Below are positions 38,905-51,740 of a DNA stretch of 64,000 bases, in pieces; position 1 is the first letter of the stretch, and every line of letters begins with the position of its first letter. The translations under genes and the position numbers were made by a program. This stretch comes from Octopus vulgaris (lineage: Eukaryota). The stretch lies in NCBI GenBank assembly GCA_951406725.2, contig OX597840.1:29760001-29824000 (forward strand), in the 5' to 3' direction. The notes beneath the pieces are model-generated. The model had not been told where the DNA came from and did no database searches. It saw only the letters and a program-made list of their open reading frames with translations.

Positions 38905-39632
38905 CCGTGAACTGGTAGAATTATTAGCGTGCTGGGTGGAATGCTTAGTGGTTTTAACTCTGTCTTCAAGTTCTGAGTTCAAATTCAGCAGAGGTTGACT
39001 TTGCCTTTCATCCACTCAGGGTCAATAAAATCAGTACCAGTCATGCACTGCGGTTGATGTAATTGACTATACCATGCCCCGAATTCCAGGCCTTGTGCCT
39101 ATTTTAAAATGGCACCATCTGAATTGTGGCCGATGCCAGCGCCACCTTGAATGGCTTCCGTGCCGGTGGCACGTAAAATGCACCAATCCAATCATGGCCA
39201 CTGCCAGCCTCGCCTGGCACCTGTGCTGGTGGCACGTAAAAAGCACCCACTACACTCATGGAATGATTGACATTAGGAAGGGCGTCCAGCTGTAGAAACA
39301 CTGCCAGATCAGACTGGAGCCTGGCACAGCCTCTTGGCTTCCCAGACCCCGGTCGAACCGTCCAATCCGTGCTAGCATGGAAACCGGACGTTAAACGATG
39401 ATAATGATTATTATTAAGACTTTGCTTTGGCAGAATCGTTAGCACCCTGGGTGAAATGTTTTATAGCATTTCGTCCATCTTTAGATTCTGAGTTCAAGTT
39501 CTGCTGAGGTCAACTTTGCCTTTTATCCTTTTGGGGGTCAATAAATTAAGTACCAGTTGAATACTGGGGTTGCTGTAATCGACTTAACCTCTTCCCCAAA
39601 GTTTCAGGCCTTGTGCATTTAGTAGAAAGGAT
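38905..39632 (+). mobile_element. Two SINE family B copies flanking an RTE 3' UTR fragment (39105-39400)
   Basis: Meta-like cores; TTAGGAAGGGCGTCCAGCTGTAGAAAC...AAACGATGAT. Confidence 0.8.
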
Positions 39633-39635
39633 TAT

Positions 39636-39855
39636 ACTCTTTACTCTCTCTCTCTCTTTTACTTGTTTCAGTCATTTGACTGTGGCCATGGTGGAGCACC
39701 GCCTTTAATCGAGCAACTCGACACCGGGACTTATTCTTTTGTAAGCCCAGTACTTATTCTATCGGTCTCTTTTGCCGAACCGCTAAGTAACGGGGACATA
39801 AACACACCAGCATCGGTTGTCAAGCAATGCTAGGGGGACAAACACAGACACACAA

Positions 39856-39890
<35 letters not shown>

Positions 39891-40050
39891 CATATATACG
39901 ACGGGCTTTTTTCAGTTTCTGTCTACCAAATCCACTCACAAGGCTTTGGTCGGCCAGAGGCTATAGCAGAAGACACTTGCCCAAGGTGCCACGCAGTGGG
40001 ACTGAACCCGGAACCATGTGGTTGGTAAACAAGCTACTTACCACACAGCC
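39636..40050 (-). mobile_element. SINE family A
   Basis: Consensus match. Confidence 0.9.
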
Positions 40051-40092
40051 TATTATTATTATTGTTATTATTATTATTATTATTGTTATTAT

Positions 40093-40627
40093 TGAGTGAG
40101 GGAGCAATGCCTGCCATCAAAGTGGTACTGAGGTACAAATATAAGAAGCCCAATATACCCATCATGACTACCGGTCTGATAAGGGTACACCAAGCACATG
40201 GATCACAACCATATGTGCACGACATAGTGACCTTGTATCCAGATAAATAGTACATGACCTTGCTGGTGGGGCCCAGTTGGAATTTTCTTCAGATTGAGTA
40301 ACCCATCCTGCTCAAGAGGTTCCTGAATAAGGGTTGGTTAAGGATGATGAGCAAAACACCCATGTTTTCAGAGATGAATTACTCAAAGCCCGAAGAATTC
40401 CTTTTACCACACAGCTATGATGTGCCCCCATTACTTCTGCACGTGATCATAGATGCACATATCGTCAGACACTAAGGGCCATGCTCAACTGGTTATGGTC
40501 AAACAAGTGACAAGCAAATCTGTGGTATTGAGCAGAATATTTGCTGTAGCCCATCTTTTATACCAAGACAAAACAATGTACATGATAACACTTCCAATCA
40601 GTTAAGATCAGAAACCGTGAGAGCCAC

Positions 40628-40628
<1 letters not shown>
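40093..40628. mobile_element. Unclassified ~530-bp element, copy 3, between (ATT)n tracts
   Basis: Colinear with copies 1 and 2. Confidence 0.82.
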
Positions 40629-40672
<44 letters not shown>

Positions 40673-40673
<1 letters not shown>

Positions 40674-41071
40674 GTGGCTGTGTGGTAAGTAGCTTGCTAA
40701 CCAGCCACATGGTTCCGGGTTCAGTCCTACTGCGTGGCATCTTGGGCAAGTGTCTTCTGCTATAGCCCCGGGCCGACCAATGCCTTGTGAGTGGATTTGG
40801 TAGATGGAAACTGAAAGAAGCCTGTCGTATATATGTATATATATATATATGTGTGTGTGTGTCTGTGTTTGTCCCCCTAGCATTGCTTGACAACTGATGC
40901 TGGTATGTTTACGTCCCCGTCACTTAGCGGTTCGGCAAAATAGACCGATAGAATAAGTACTGGGCTTACGAAGAATAAGTCTCGGGGTCGATTTGGTCGA
41001 CTAAAGGCGGTGCTCCAGCATGGCCGCAGTCAAATGACTGAAACAAGTAAAAGAGTAAAAGAGTTAAAGAG
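40673..41071 (+). mobile_element. SINE family A
   Basis: Consensus match. Confidence 0.9.
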
Positions 41072-41080
41072 TATTATTAT

Positions 41081-41112
<32 letters not shown>

Positions 41113-41444
41113 TTATAGGAATGGGTTCATGCTTTCGCTATTTGATAAATCTGACTCATATATTGTTTTCATGATTGTTAAATTGTTAAATTAAAACAAA
41201 ATAATATTGCAAAGTTTAAACAATGAAATAAATTCACTTTTATGCTGACACGCACATAAGTAATTACTGCGGAATTGTAAGTAAAAACAATTTCAATTTG
41301 CGTCTGGAACGGAACTTAAAAATCAAATAAAATCATTTATCAGAATTTAGAACTACTTACAATACACACACACACGTATATATAATGTATGTGTATATAT
41401 GTATGTATATATGTATGTGTATATACTGTAAAGTTTCTGGCTTT

Positions 41445-41630
41445 AAGAAATTTGCAAATGGCCTGGTTAGAAGCCCAACCTTCTGAATTTTTTTTAAAGG
41501 GCTCAGAAAAATTGAAGGACCACTGCAATAAGTGCGTGAATTTGAGAGGGGGATATCTTGAATAAAATCATAATTAACTGATCCTCCTCTATTTTCTTTT
41601 ACCCAAATCTATGAACTTTTCAGCATCCCA
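41445..41630 (+). mobile_element. mariner transposon 3' remnant
   Basis: WLEAQPSEFFLKGSEKLKDHCNKCVNLRGGYLE* matches the mariner C-terminal pattern; GAACTTTTCAGCA TIR also appears inverted at about 45600-45627. Confidence 0.7.
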
Positions 41631-41635
41631 TTTAC

Positions 41636-44035
41636 ATCATCATCATCATCGTCGTTTAACGTCCGTTCTCCATGCTAGCATGGGTTGGACGGTTCGACCG
41701 GGGTTCTGGGAAGCCAGAAGGCTGCACCAGGCTCCAGTCTAAATTTGGCAATGTTTCTACAGCTGGATGCCCTTCCTAACGCCAACCACTCCGTGAGTGT
41801 AGTGGGTGCTTTTTACGTGCCACCTGCACAGGTGCCAGGCGGGGCTGGCAACGGCCACGGTCAGATTGGTGTATTTTATGTGCCACCGGCACGGAAGCCA
41901 GTCAAGGCGGTGCTGGCATCGGCCACGAGTCGGATAGTGCTTTTTACGTACCACCAGACCAGGGATCCTGGCTGGTTCAATTCGATTTCGATTTCGCTTG
42001 CCCCAACATGTCTTCACAAGCAAAGGGGTTGGCAAGGGTGCCTGTCGTACGGTCGCATTGGAGTATTTTACGTGCCACGGCCACGAGTCGGATAGTGCTT
42101 TTTACGTACCATTAGACCAGGGATCCTGGCTGGTTCAATTCGATTTCGATTTCGCTTGCCCCAACATGTCTTCACAAGCAAAGGGGGTTGGCATGGGTGC
42201 CTGTCGTACGGTCGCATTGGAGTATTTTACGTGCCACGGCCACGAGTCGGATAGTGCTTTTTACGTACCACCAGGCCAGGGATCCTGGCTGGTTCAATTC
42301 GGTTTCGATTTCGATTTCGCTTGCCCCAACATGTCTTCGCAAGCATGGGGGGTTGGCATGGGTGTCTGTCGTCGGATGAGGTTCTATATCGACTTCGCTT
42401 GCCTCAACCGGTCTTTGTGTCCAAGGGAGGAAAGGCATTCATAAGTGGGCTGGGCTCACTTGTCCTGCCTGGTCTTCTCACATACAGAATATTTCCAAAG
42501 GTCTCGGTCTCTGGTCATTTCCTCAGTGAGGCCTAAAGTTCGAAGGTCGTGCTTCACCACCTCGTCCCAGGTTTTCCTGGGTCTACCTCTTCCACGGGTT
42601 CCCTCAACTGCTAGGGATTGGCACTTTCTCACACACCTATCTTCATCCATTCTCGCCACATGACCATACCAGCGCAATCGTCTCTCTTGCACACCACAAC
42701 TGATGCTTCTTAGGTACAACATTTCTCTCAAGGTGCTAACGCTCTGTCGAGTATGTACACTGACATTACACATCCATCGGAGCATACTGGCTTCATTCCT
42801 CACGAGCTTACGCATGTCCTCAGCAGTCACGGCCCATGTTTCGCTGCCATGTAGCATGGCTGTTCGTACACACGCATCATACAGTCTGCCTTTTACTCTG
42901 AGCGAGAGGCCTTTAGTCACCAGCAGAGGTAAGAGCTCCCTAAACTTTGCCCAGGCTATTCTTATTCTAGCAGTTACACTTTCAGCGCACCCACCCCCAC
43001 TACTGACTTGGTCACCTAGATAACGGAAGCTATCAACTACTTCTAGTTTTTCCCCCTGGAAAGTGACGGAAGTTGTTTTCTGCAGATTTTCGGAGGTTAA
43101 TGCTCCCGAGCATCTGCCACATACAAAAACTATCTTCCCAGTTAGCCTACCTTTGACATTGCTGCACCTCTTATGTGTCCATAGCTTACACTGGGTACAT
43201 CTTATAGAGTTTCTACCTACACCTTTTCTACAGATCGAGCAGGGCCATCTTCCTGAAGATATTTGTGGATTGTCTACCTTTCTACTTATTAGTACTTTGG
43301 TTTTAGCTAGGTTGACTCTAAGGCCCCTTGATTCTAAACCCTCCTTCCACACCTGGAACTTCTCCTCCAGTTCTGATAGTGACTCAGCAATAAGAGCAAG
43401 GTCGTCAGCGTAGAGGAGCTCCCAGGGACAGCCTGTCTTGAATTCCTCCGTAATTGCCTGGAGTACTATGATAAATAGGAGGGGGCTGAGTACTGAACCC
43501 TGGTGGACCCCAACCTCTACTTTGAATTCTTCTGTGTACATGTTGCCAACCCTAACCTTACTTACGGCATCTCTGTACATGGCTTGCACAGCCCTCACCA
43601 GCCATTCATCTATCCCTAGTTTCCTCATTGACCACCAGATAAGGGATCGGGGGACCCTATCAAAAGCTTTCTCCATGTCAACGAAAGCCAGGTACAGGGG
43701 CTTATCTTTGGCTAGGTATTTCTCCTGCAGCTGCCTTACCAGGAATATAGCATCAGTGGTACTTTTCCCTGGCACGAACCCAAACTGCATCTCTTCTAAA
43801 CTAACTCTCTCTCTAATTAGTTGGGCTATGACCCTCTCCGTAACCTTCATTACTTGATCCAACAGCTTGATACCTCTGTAATTATTTGTATCTAGGGCAT
43901 CACCTTTACCTTTGTAGCAGTTGACTAGTATGCTGCTGCACCAGTCATTGGGTATGACTCCTTCGTGTATCACCTGGTTGACTATACGGGTGACTAGGTT
44001 ATAGCCGACACTGCCAGATATTTTGAGCATCTGGC
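41636..44035 (-). mobile_element. Young 5'-truncated RTE LINE with repeat-containing 3' UTR and (GAT)n tail
   Basis: Open ORF2, then an ~820-bp 3' UTR ending GTTAAACGACGATGATGATG; 5' end abuts (TA)n. Confidence 0.93.
42456..44030 (-). CDS. RTE ORF2 reverse transcriptase, 524 aa, lacking the endonuclease, with an inserted PHD-type finger
   Basis: YKGKGD..NYRGI, QFGF, FVDMEKAFDRV, GVHQGSVLSPLLF, LYADD, FRYLG, RLRWYGHVARM, GRGRPRKTW; no stops. Confidence 0.9.
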   Translation of the reverse strand: MLKISGSVGYNLVTRIVNQVIHEGVIPNDWCSSILVNCYKGKGDALDTNNYRGIKLLDQVMKVTERVIAQLIRERVSLEEMQFGFVPGKSTTDAIFLVRQLQEKYLAKDKPLYLAFVDMEKAFDRVPRSLIWWSMRKLGIDEWLVRAVQAMYRDAVSKVRVGNMYTEEFKVEVGVHQGSVLSPLLFIIVLQAITEEFKTGCPWELLYADDLALIAESLSELEEKFQVWKEGLESRGLRVNLAKTKVLISRKVDNPQISSGRWPCSICRKGVGRNSIRCTQCKLWTHKRCSNVKGRLTGKIVFVCGRCSGALTSENLQKTTSVTFQGEKLEVVDSFRYLGDQVSSGGGCAESVTARIRIAWAKFRELLPLLVTKGLSLRVKGRLYDACVRTAMLHGSETWAVTAEDMRKLVRNEASMLRWMCNVSVHTRQSVSTLREMLYLRSISCGVQERRLRWYGHVARMDEDRCVRKCQSLAVEGTRGRGRPRKTWDEVVKHDLRTLGLTEEMTRDRDLWKYSVCEKTRQDK

Positions 44036-44036
44036 A

Positions 44037-44076
<40 letters not shown>

Positions 44077-44085
44077 GTTAATTAA

Positions 44086-44325
44086 TTAGTTAGTTAGTTA
44101 GTTAATTTGGCTCAAAAGCAAATAGCAAGGCCATGTAGGGGGACATGGAGTTAAGTACAGGGTGGTGTTCATGTAAAGAGTTCAGGCCACTTGAGGTCAA
44201 GGGAGGCTTTGAACAAAGCGGTCGTCGGCATCTTCACCATCTCGTCTGGCAGCTTGTTCCACGGATCCGCAACCCGGACGGAGAAAGCTCCTCTCCTTCG
44301 ATTGAGATGAAATCGTCACAGGTAG
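44086..44325 (-). mobile_element. CR1-like LINE 3' end with (TAAC)n tail
   Basis: RRRGAFSVRVADPWNKLP...LFKASLD. Confidence 0.78.
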
Positions 44326-44352
44326 AGGTGTGTGTGTGTGTGTGTGTGTGCG

Positions 44353-44699
44353 TCATCATCATCGTTTAACGTCTGCTTTCCATGCTAGCATGGGTTGGAC
44401 GATTGACTGAGGGCTGGCGAACCCGATGGCTGCGCCAGGCTCCAATCTTGATCTGGCAGTGTTTCTACAGCTGGATGCCCTTCCTAACGCCAACCACTCC
44501 GCCACTCCGAGAGTGTAGTGGGTGCTTTTTACGTGCCACTGGCACAGGATCCAGTCAGGCGGTACTGGCAACGACCTTGCTCAAATCTTTTACACATGCC
44601 ACCAGCACAGGTGCCAGTAAGGCGACGTTGGTAACGATCATGCTCAAATGGTGCCCTTTAAGTGCCACTGGCACGGAAGCCAGTTAGCCTCTCTGTCAA

Positions 44700-44746
<47 letters not shown>

Positions 44747-44883
44747 TAATGGGAAACCTCTATTATTGGCTGATGAGAACTCAGCATCTTAAATCTGTTG
44801 TAATACTTACAACATTTAAGAAAATGATGTAGTACGAAACGATTGTACCAAATTACCAGAGTCATTCTTGTTGCTTATTTTGA

Positions 44884-44919
<36 letters not shown>

Positions 44920-45585
44920 GCATGGGTAGGCGCGGGCATGGCTGTGTGGTTAGGGAGCTTGCTTCCTAGTTACATGGTTTCGGGGTCAATCCCACTGCGT
45001 GACATTTTGGGTAGGTGTCTTCCGCTATAGCCCTGAGCCGACCGGAGCTTTGTGATTGAATTCGGTAGGCAGGAGTTACTGCTGTGTGTGCATGTGTATG
45101 TATAGCTGTTCAGTGCCTCTCTGAAAGAGAGAGAGGGATATATATCGTCATCATCCTCATTTAACGTCCGCTTTCCATGCTAGCATGGGTTGGACGGTTC
45201 AACTGGAGTCTGGGGAGCCCGAAGGCTGCACTAGGCCAGTCAGATCTGGCAGTGTTTCTACAGCTGGATGCCCTTTCTAACGCCAACCACTCTGTGAGTG
45301 TAGTGGGTGATTTTATGTGCCACCGACACAGGTGCCAGACGAGGCTGGCGAACGGCCACGCTCGGATGGTGTTTTTTTATGTGCCACCGACACAGGTGCC
45401 AGACGAGGCTGGCAGACGGCCACGCTCGGATGGTGTTTTTATGTGCCACCGACACAAGTGCCAGACGAGGCTGGCGAACGGCCACGATCGGATGGTGTTT
45501 GTTACGTGCCCACAGCACGGAGGCCAGTCGATGCGGTACTGGCTACGGCCACGTTCGGATGGTTTTCTTGTGTGCCACCGGCACA
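44353..45585 (-). mobile_element. Two RTE 3' UTR fragments (44353-44700 and 45145-45585)
   Basis: Match 41636-41940; the second carries five ~63-bp subrepeats. Confidence 0.82.
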
Positions 45586-45845
45586 TAAATATATATGAGT
45601 GGATGCTGAAAAGTTCCTGGCTTTGGTTATTTCTCTATGTTGAACCATTAATCCCTACGCATTTTATTCTCTTTCCATTCCATTTATTTTTCATTCTCTC
45701 TCCCCATTTTACCTCTCAATCCTTTCTGTTGAAGACTTTTCCATTCTTTCCATGCATCAAACTGATAGATCTGCTTGTCGTTCCCTCACCAGTCTCCATC
45801 TTTCATTTTCTGTAAATTTGAACCTCACACACACACACACACACA

Positions 45846-47190
45846 CGCAGTCGAGGGATCGCGGGTTCGAATCTCAGACCCGGGTGATGTGTGTGTTTAT
45901 GAGTGAAACACCTAAGCTCCACGCGGCTCCAGCAGAAGGTAAGGGCAAACTTCTGCTGAGTCTTTCGCCACAACTTTCTCTCAATCTTTCCTCCTGCATC
46001 TTGCAGCTCACCTGTGATGGACCGCCGTCCCATCTAGGTGGGGAACCTATATGCTAAGGAAACCAGGAAACCAGCCCTTATGAGTGCCAGGCATGGCTTG
46101 GGAAGGAACAAACAACACAAGCATTGGCCACATTGCCGTTATGAGGCCCGACACTCACACACACATACACACATGTGATGCATATATTGATGTGGACAGC
46201 TGTGTACAGAAGTGCTGATCTCTTATAGTGGAAGGGAGCTATGTTAGTGGGAGACCTAGGAAGACATGAGGTGAGGTGGTGAAGCATGATCTTCGAATGT
46301 CGGGCCTCTTGGAGCCAATCACTAGTGACTGAGATCTTTGACAATATAACATGCTTCACAAGACCCATCAAACCAAGTGAAATCATAATTGTGGCGGTTG
46401 TCAGTATCCCGTATATGACACCCATGCCAGTGTCGGGCATCCCTGTGGTTGTAAAACAAGCTACTTACCACACAGCAACTCCTGTGTGATCGATGCCAGT
46501 GCCGGGCTGATGCCAGCGCTGCCTTGACTGGCTTCTGTGCTAGTGGCACGTAAAAAGCACCAACTGATCGAGGCCGCTGCCAGCCTCCCCTGGCACCTGT
46601 GCCGGTGGCACGTAAAAAGCACCCACTACAATCACGGAGTGGTTGGCATTAGGAAGGGCATCCAGCTGTAGAAACACTGCCAGATCAGACTGGGCCTGGT
46701 GCAACCTTCTGGCTTCCCAGACCCTGGTCGAACCGTCCAACCCATGCCAGCATGGAGAACGGATGTTAAATGATGATGATGATGATATATATATCCTTGT
46801 CAGTGACAGGCACCCATGCCAGTGGCACGTAAAAAGCAACTTTCGAGCGTTGGGCCTCATAAAAGCAATGTGGCCAATGCTTGTGTTGGTTGTTCCTTCT
46901 CAAGCCATGCCTGGCTCATAAGGGCCGGTTTCCTGGTTTCCTTGGCATATAGGTTCCCCACCTGGACGGGACGCCAGTCTGTCGCAGGTGAGCTGCAAGA
47001 TGCAGGAGGAAAGAGTGAGAGGAAAGTTGTGGCGATAGAGTCAGCAGAAGTTCGCCATTACCTTCTGCCAGAGCCGCGTGGACCTTAGGTGTTTCACTCC
47101 TAAACACACACATCGCTCGATCTGAGATTCAAACCCACAATCCCTCGACTGCGAGTTCGCTGCTCTAGCCTCTAGGCTATGTGCCTCCAC
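45846..47190. mobile_element. Inverted pair of family C-related SINEs (45846-46145 plus; 46845-47190 minus) around an RTE 3' UTR piece
   Basis: Shared head GATCGCGGGTTCGAATCTCAGA...AAACACCTAAGCTCCACG; 3' half differs from the 6485 copy. Confidence 0.78.
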
Positions 47191-47474
47191 AATGTTTGTG
47201 TTGCATAATTATATACATATATTTGTTACCTGTTCCAGTCATTAGACTGCAGCTATGCTGGTGCATGGCCATGAAGAGTTTAGTCAAACAAATCATGGCC
47301 AATACTAATTGATCTTTAAAGCCTTGTACTTATTTTATCAGATTCTTTTGCCGAACTGTTAAGCTTCATTAACAAACCATCACTGGTTGCCAAATAAATA
47401 TATGAATACATAAATGTACTTGCAAGGCTGCGAGCCACTCTTCGGCTATCTATCTGCAGCTTTATATAGCTATG

Positions 47475-48048
47475 GTAAGACCTCACCTGTCTGGAACCCC
47501 TATCTTGCCTAGGATATTAAACGTCTGGAAGCCGTTCAGCGACATGCAACCAAGAGAATACCCTCCATCAGGCATTTGCCATATTCTGAATGCCTTACTT
47601 CCCTGGCATGGATACATTGAAACTCCGACGTCTGGCAGCTGACTTGGCAGACACCCATAAAATTATTAACCATCTTACAAACAATAACTCTGAGCACCCT
47701 TTCAAACTCCACCTGTCTAACACCCATGGACATATTTTCAAAGTCAGAAAACAGCACAGCTCCCATGACTTTCAGAAACATTTTTCACGCTGAGAGTTGC
47801 TGAAGCATGGAACAAACTGCCGGCATCAGTTGTTAGTTGTCGGAGCACTGCATCCTTCAAAACTTCCATGCTTCCTGAGATTCGCCAACATTACACCTGA
47901 TTTTCTCCCCTCCATACACACGCAAGCATGTATCTGACTCGTACACTGTTCACTTCCCAGACATTTGTACATTACTGCATATGCTTTATACGCACTTTTG
48001 ACAAGTTGTGGGGCACCTGAGCACTGTATACAATAATCTCATTATTAT
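47475..48048 (+). mobile_element. CR1-clade LINE 3' end
   Basis: WNPYLA*DIKRLEAVQRHATKRI...LRRLAADL...; near-identical to 34100-34492. Confidence 0.87.
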
Positions 48049-48257
48049 TTTAAATCCAAATAGATGAGGATGCTGGTATAAGATGATTCTAAGAAGGATC
48101 TTCAGCAGGAACAAAGTCCGACAGCTGTTTCAAGAAAATATAAATTAGTATTGGCTTTATATTCCTGATGCTAATTAATTAAGCTGTATAAGGGGATAAT
48201 TATCCTATTTATTTCTTCATTATATATGTGTATATATATATATACACACACACACAT

Positions 48258-48628
48258 ACTCTTTACTCTTTTACTCTTATACTTGTTTCAGTCATTTGAC
48301 TGAGGCCTTGCTGGAGCACTGCCTATTAGTCGAGCAAATTGACCCCAGGACTTATTCTTTGGATGCCTAGTACTTATTCTATCGGTCTCTTTTTGCCGAA
48401 CCGCTAAGTTTTGGGGGCGTAAACACACCAGCATTGGTTGTCAGGCGATGTTGGGGAGACAAACACAGACACACACATATATACACATATACGATGGGCT
48501 TCTTTCAGTTTCCGTCTACCAAATCCACTCAAAAGGCTATAGTAGAAGACCCTTGCCCAAGGTGCCATGCAGTGGGACTGAACCCAGAACCATGTGGTTT
48601 GTAAGCAAGCTACTTACCACACAGCCAC
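48258..48628 (-). mobile_element. SINE family A
   Basis: Consensus match. Confidence 0.87.
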
Positions 48629-49252
48629 TAATCACCCACTACACTCTCGGAGTGGTTTGCATTAGGAAGGACATACAGCTGTAGAAACTCTGCTAAATCA
48701 GATTAGAGCTACATACAGCCATCTGGTTTGCCAGTTCTCAGTCAAATCGTCCAACCCATACTAGCATGGAAAGCAGATATTAAGCGATGATGATCATCAT
48801 CATGATATATGTATGTATGTATATACATACTTATGTTTTATATAAATTTTTAAAGCTAAAAGAATGCAAGCTAAACTACTGTAATATATACATACAAACA
48901 CATGCGCACACACACACCCCCCTATTAAGGGACGTATGTATGTATAATGTATATGTGCAAACATATCTATGTCCATGTACTTTTGAGTAATGTTTTGAGT
49001 TTGTTTACATCTTTTATAGGCAGTATGTCTGGCAGCTAAAAACATTCATATGTAACAAGCCGCTATTTTCCTAAAAACAAGTGCAGTTAGGCAACAGGAA
49101 GTGCATCTGGCCACAGAATACTGCATCATTAAGTCTTATTGATTCACCAAGGACAAGGAAAAAAATACAGATGTTGGTGTTTTGCTTGTTGGATGTTGTT
49201 CACATCCAACAAAATGTCATGACAACGTTTCCTATATATATATACTGAATAT

Positions 49253-49466
49253 TCTCTCTTTTACTCTTTTACTTGTTTCAGTCATTTGACTGCAGCCATG
49301 CTGGAGCACCGCCTTTAATTGAGCAACTCGACCCCAGGACTTATTCTTTTGTAAGCCCAGTACTTATTCTATCGGTCTCTTTTTGCCGAACTGCTAAGTA
49401 ACGGGGACATAAACACACCAGCTTCGGTTGTCAAGCAATGCTAGGGGGAGAAACACAGACACACAA

Positions 49467-49501
<35 letters not shown>

Positions 49502-49668
49502 CATATATACGACGGGCGTCTTTCAGTTTCCATCTACCAAATCCACTCACAAGGCTTTGGTCGGCCCGAGGCTATAGTAGAAGACACTTTCCCAAGGTGC
49601 CACGCAGTGGGACTGAACCCGGAACCATGTGGTTGGTAAACAAGCTACTTACCACACAGCCACTCCTA
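49253..49668 (-). mobile_element. SINE family A
   Basis: Consensus match. Confidence 0.9.
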
Positions 49669-49791
49669 TATACTGTATATATGTGTGTTATTATGGTTGT
49701 AGTTTTGTTAATTAAATAAGACAACATTTTAATATCCTAAAGCTGATAAACCAACTAAGGTGTTTCTCCATTTTCTTATTTGTAATATATA

Positions 49792-50162
49792 CTAGCAGTA
49801 TCGCCCGGCGTTGCTCGGATTTGTAAGGGAAATAACTATAAAGCATTTTTAGAGAGTTATAGCCAAAAAATGGAAAAAAAAATGATGGTAAATTTTTTTT
49901 AGTTAAAAAGGTCGAGTTGCGTCCCCTAGACAGTCTGTGGTTTGTGTTTCTGATTCTCGACCCCATGTCGAATTTATCGATTTTTTTCAGAACTGGGGGA
50001 ACTTTTCAAAATTTTCGCTGTGTTAGTTTTGAATTATGACATTGGGCTATGTGTGTGTCAAGTTTCATCAGAATCGGTTGAAAGTCGTGGTCAGGGTGAG
50101 GGTACAACCTAACAGACACACAGAAACACACACAGACAAACTGCCGTTTATATATAGAGAGA
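49792..50162 (-). mobile_element. Complete non-autonomous Helitron (~370 bp)
   Basis: Minus strand A|TCTCTCTATATATAAA ... CCGAGCAACGCCGGG hairpin ... CTAG|T; isolated 3' end also at about 35630-35668. Confidence 0.82.
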
Positions 50163-50461
50163 TATATCATCATCGTTTAGCGTCCACTTTCCGTGCTAGC
50201 ACGGGTTGGATGGTTCAACCGGGGATCTGGGAAGCCAGGAGGCTGCACCAGGCTCCATTCTGATCTGGCAGTGTTTCTACAGCTGGATGCCTTTCCTAAT
50301 GCCAACCACTCCATGAGTGTAGTGGGTGCTTTTTACATGCCACCGGTATGGGGGCCAGGAGAGGCTGGCAGCGGCCCAGATCAGTTGGTACTTTTTACAT
50401 GCCGCTGGCACAGAAGCCAGTCAAGGTGGCGCTGGCATCAGCCCGGCGCTGGCAACGATCA

Positions 50462-51740
50462 CACAGGAGTTGCTGTGTGGTAAGAAGCTCGCTTTACAAC
50501 CATTTGGTTCTGGGTTTGGTCCCACTGCAAATGTATAATTTATAGCCTTCAGCTGACCAAAGCCTTGTGAGTAGATTTGGTAGACAAAAACTGAAAGACT
50601 CCCATTGTGTGTGTGTTTTTGTGTCTGTGTTTGTGCTCCCCCCACACACACTGCTCAACAACTGGTGTTGGTGTGTTTAGGTCCCCACAACTTAGTGGTT
50701 CAGCAAAAGAGACCAATAAAGTAACCACCAGGATTTAAAAAATTAAGTCCAGGGGTCGATTTGTTCCACTAAAACCCTTGAAGATGGCTCAAATGACTGA
50801 GACAAGTAAAAGATAAAAGATACATACACACACATGCATAAATACACACAAACACATATAGATATATACTCACACACATACATACACACATGTCATCATC
50901 ATCATCGTTTATCGTCCGCTTTCCATACTAGCAAGGGTTGGACGATTTTGACTGAGGGCTGGTGAACCAGATGGCTGCACCAGGCTCCAATCTTGATCTG
51001 GCAGTGTTTCTACAGCTGGATGCCCTTCCTAATGCCACCCACTCCGAGAGTGTAGTGGGTGCTTTTATGTGCCACCGGCATGAGGGCCAGTCACGCAGTA
51101 CTGGCAATGGCCACGCTCAAATGATGCTTTTTATGTGCCACCTGCACAGGAGCCAATCCAGTGGCACTGACATACTGTCATATACATACATGCAACTGTC
51201 TTTTACGGGTGGGATGCTGTGCATCGTATTGTGTTGTCTCAATCTTGCAGACAGGGTCACATCAGCAATGACATACACATGCACACAAATACATTTGAAA
51301 TACAAGGACAGATCAAAAAATAGCTGAACCGAAATAGGCACAGGAGTAGCTGTCTGGTAAGTAGCTAGCTAACCATCCACATGGATCTGGGTTCAGTCCC
51401 ACTGCGTGGCATCTTGGGCAAGTGTCTTCTGCTATAGCCCCGGGCCGACCAATGCCTTGTGAATGGATTTGGTACACGGAAACTGAAAGAAGCCCATCGT
51501 ATATATGTATATATATATATATGTGTGTGTGTTTGTGTGTCTGTGTTTGTCCCCCTAGCATTGCTTGACAACCGATGCTGGTGTGTTTATGTCCCCGTCA
51601 CTTAGCAGTTCGGCAAAAAGAGACTGATAGAATAAGTACTGGGCTTACAAAGAATAAGTCCCGGGGTCGAGTTGCTCGACTAAAGGCAGTGCTCCAGCAT
51701 GGCCACAGTCAAATGCCTGAATCAAGTAAAAGAGTAAAGA
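50462..51740 (+). mobile_element. Two SINE family A copies (50462-50820 diverged; 51336-51740) with an RTE 3' UTR fragment between
   Basis: Consensus matches. Confidence 0.82.

Noticed and set aside
39636-41071. Composite transposon of inverted SINEs around the 530-bp element
   Set aside because: SINEs are divergent here but convergent at 12684-14143 and absent around the 16428 copy; better explained by shared preference for AT-rich sites
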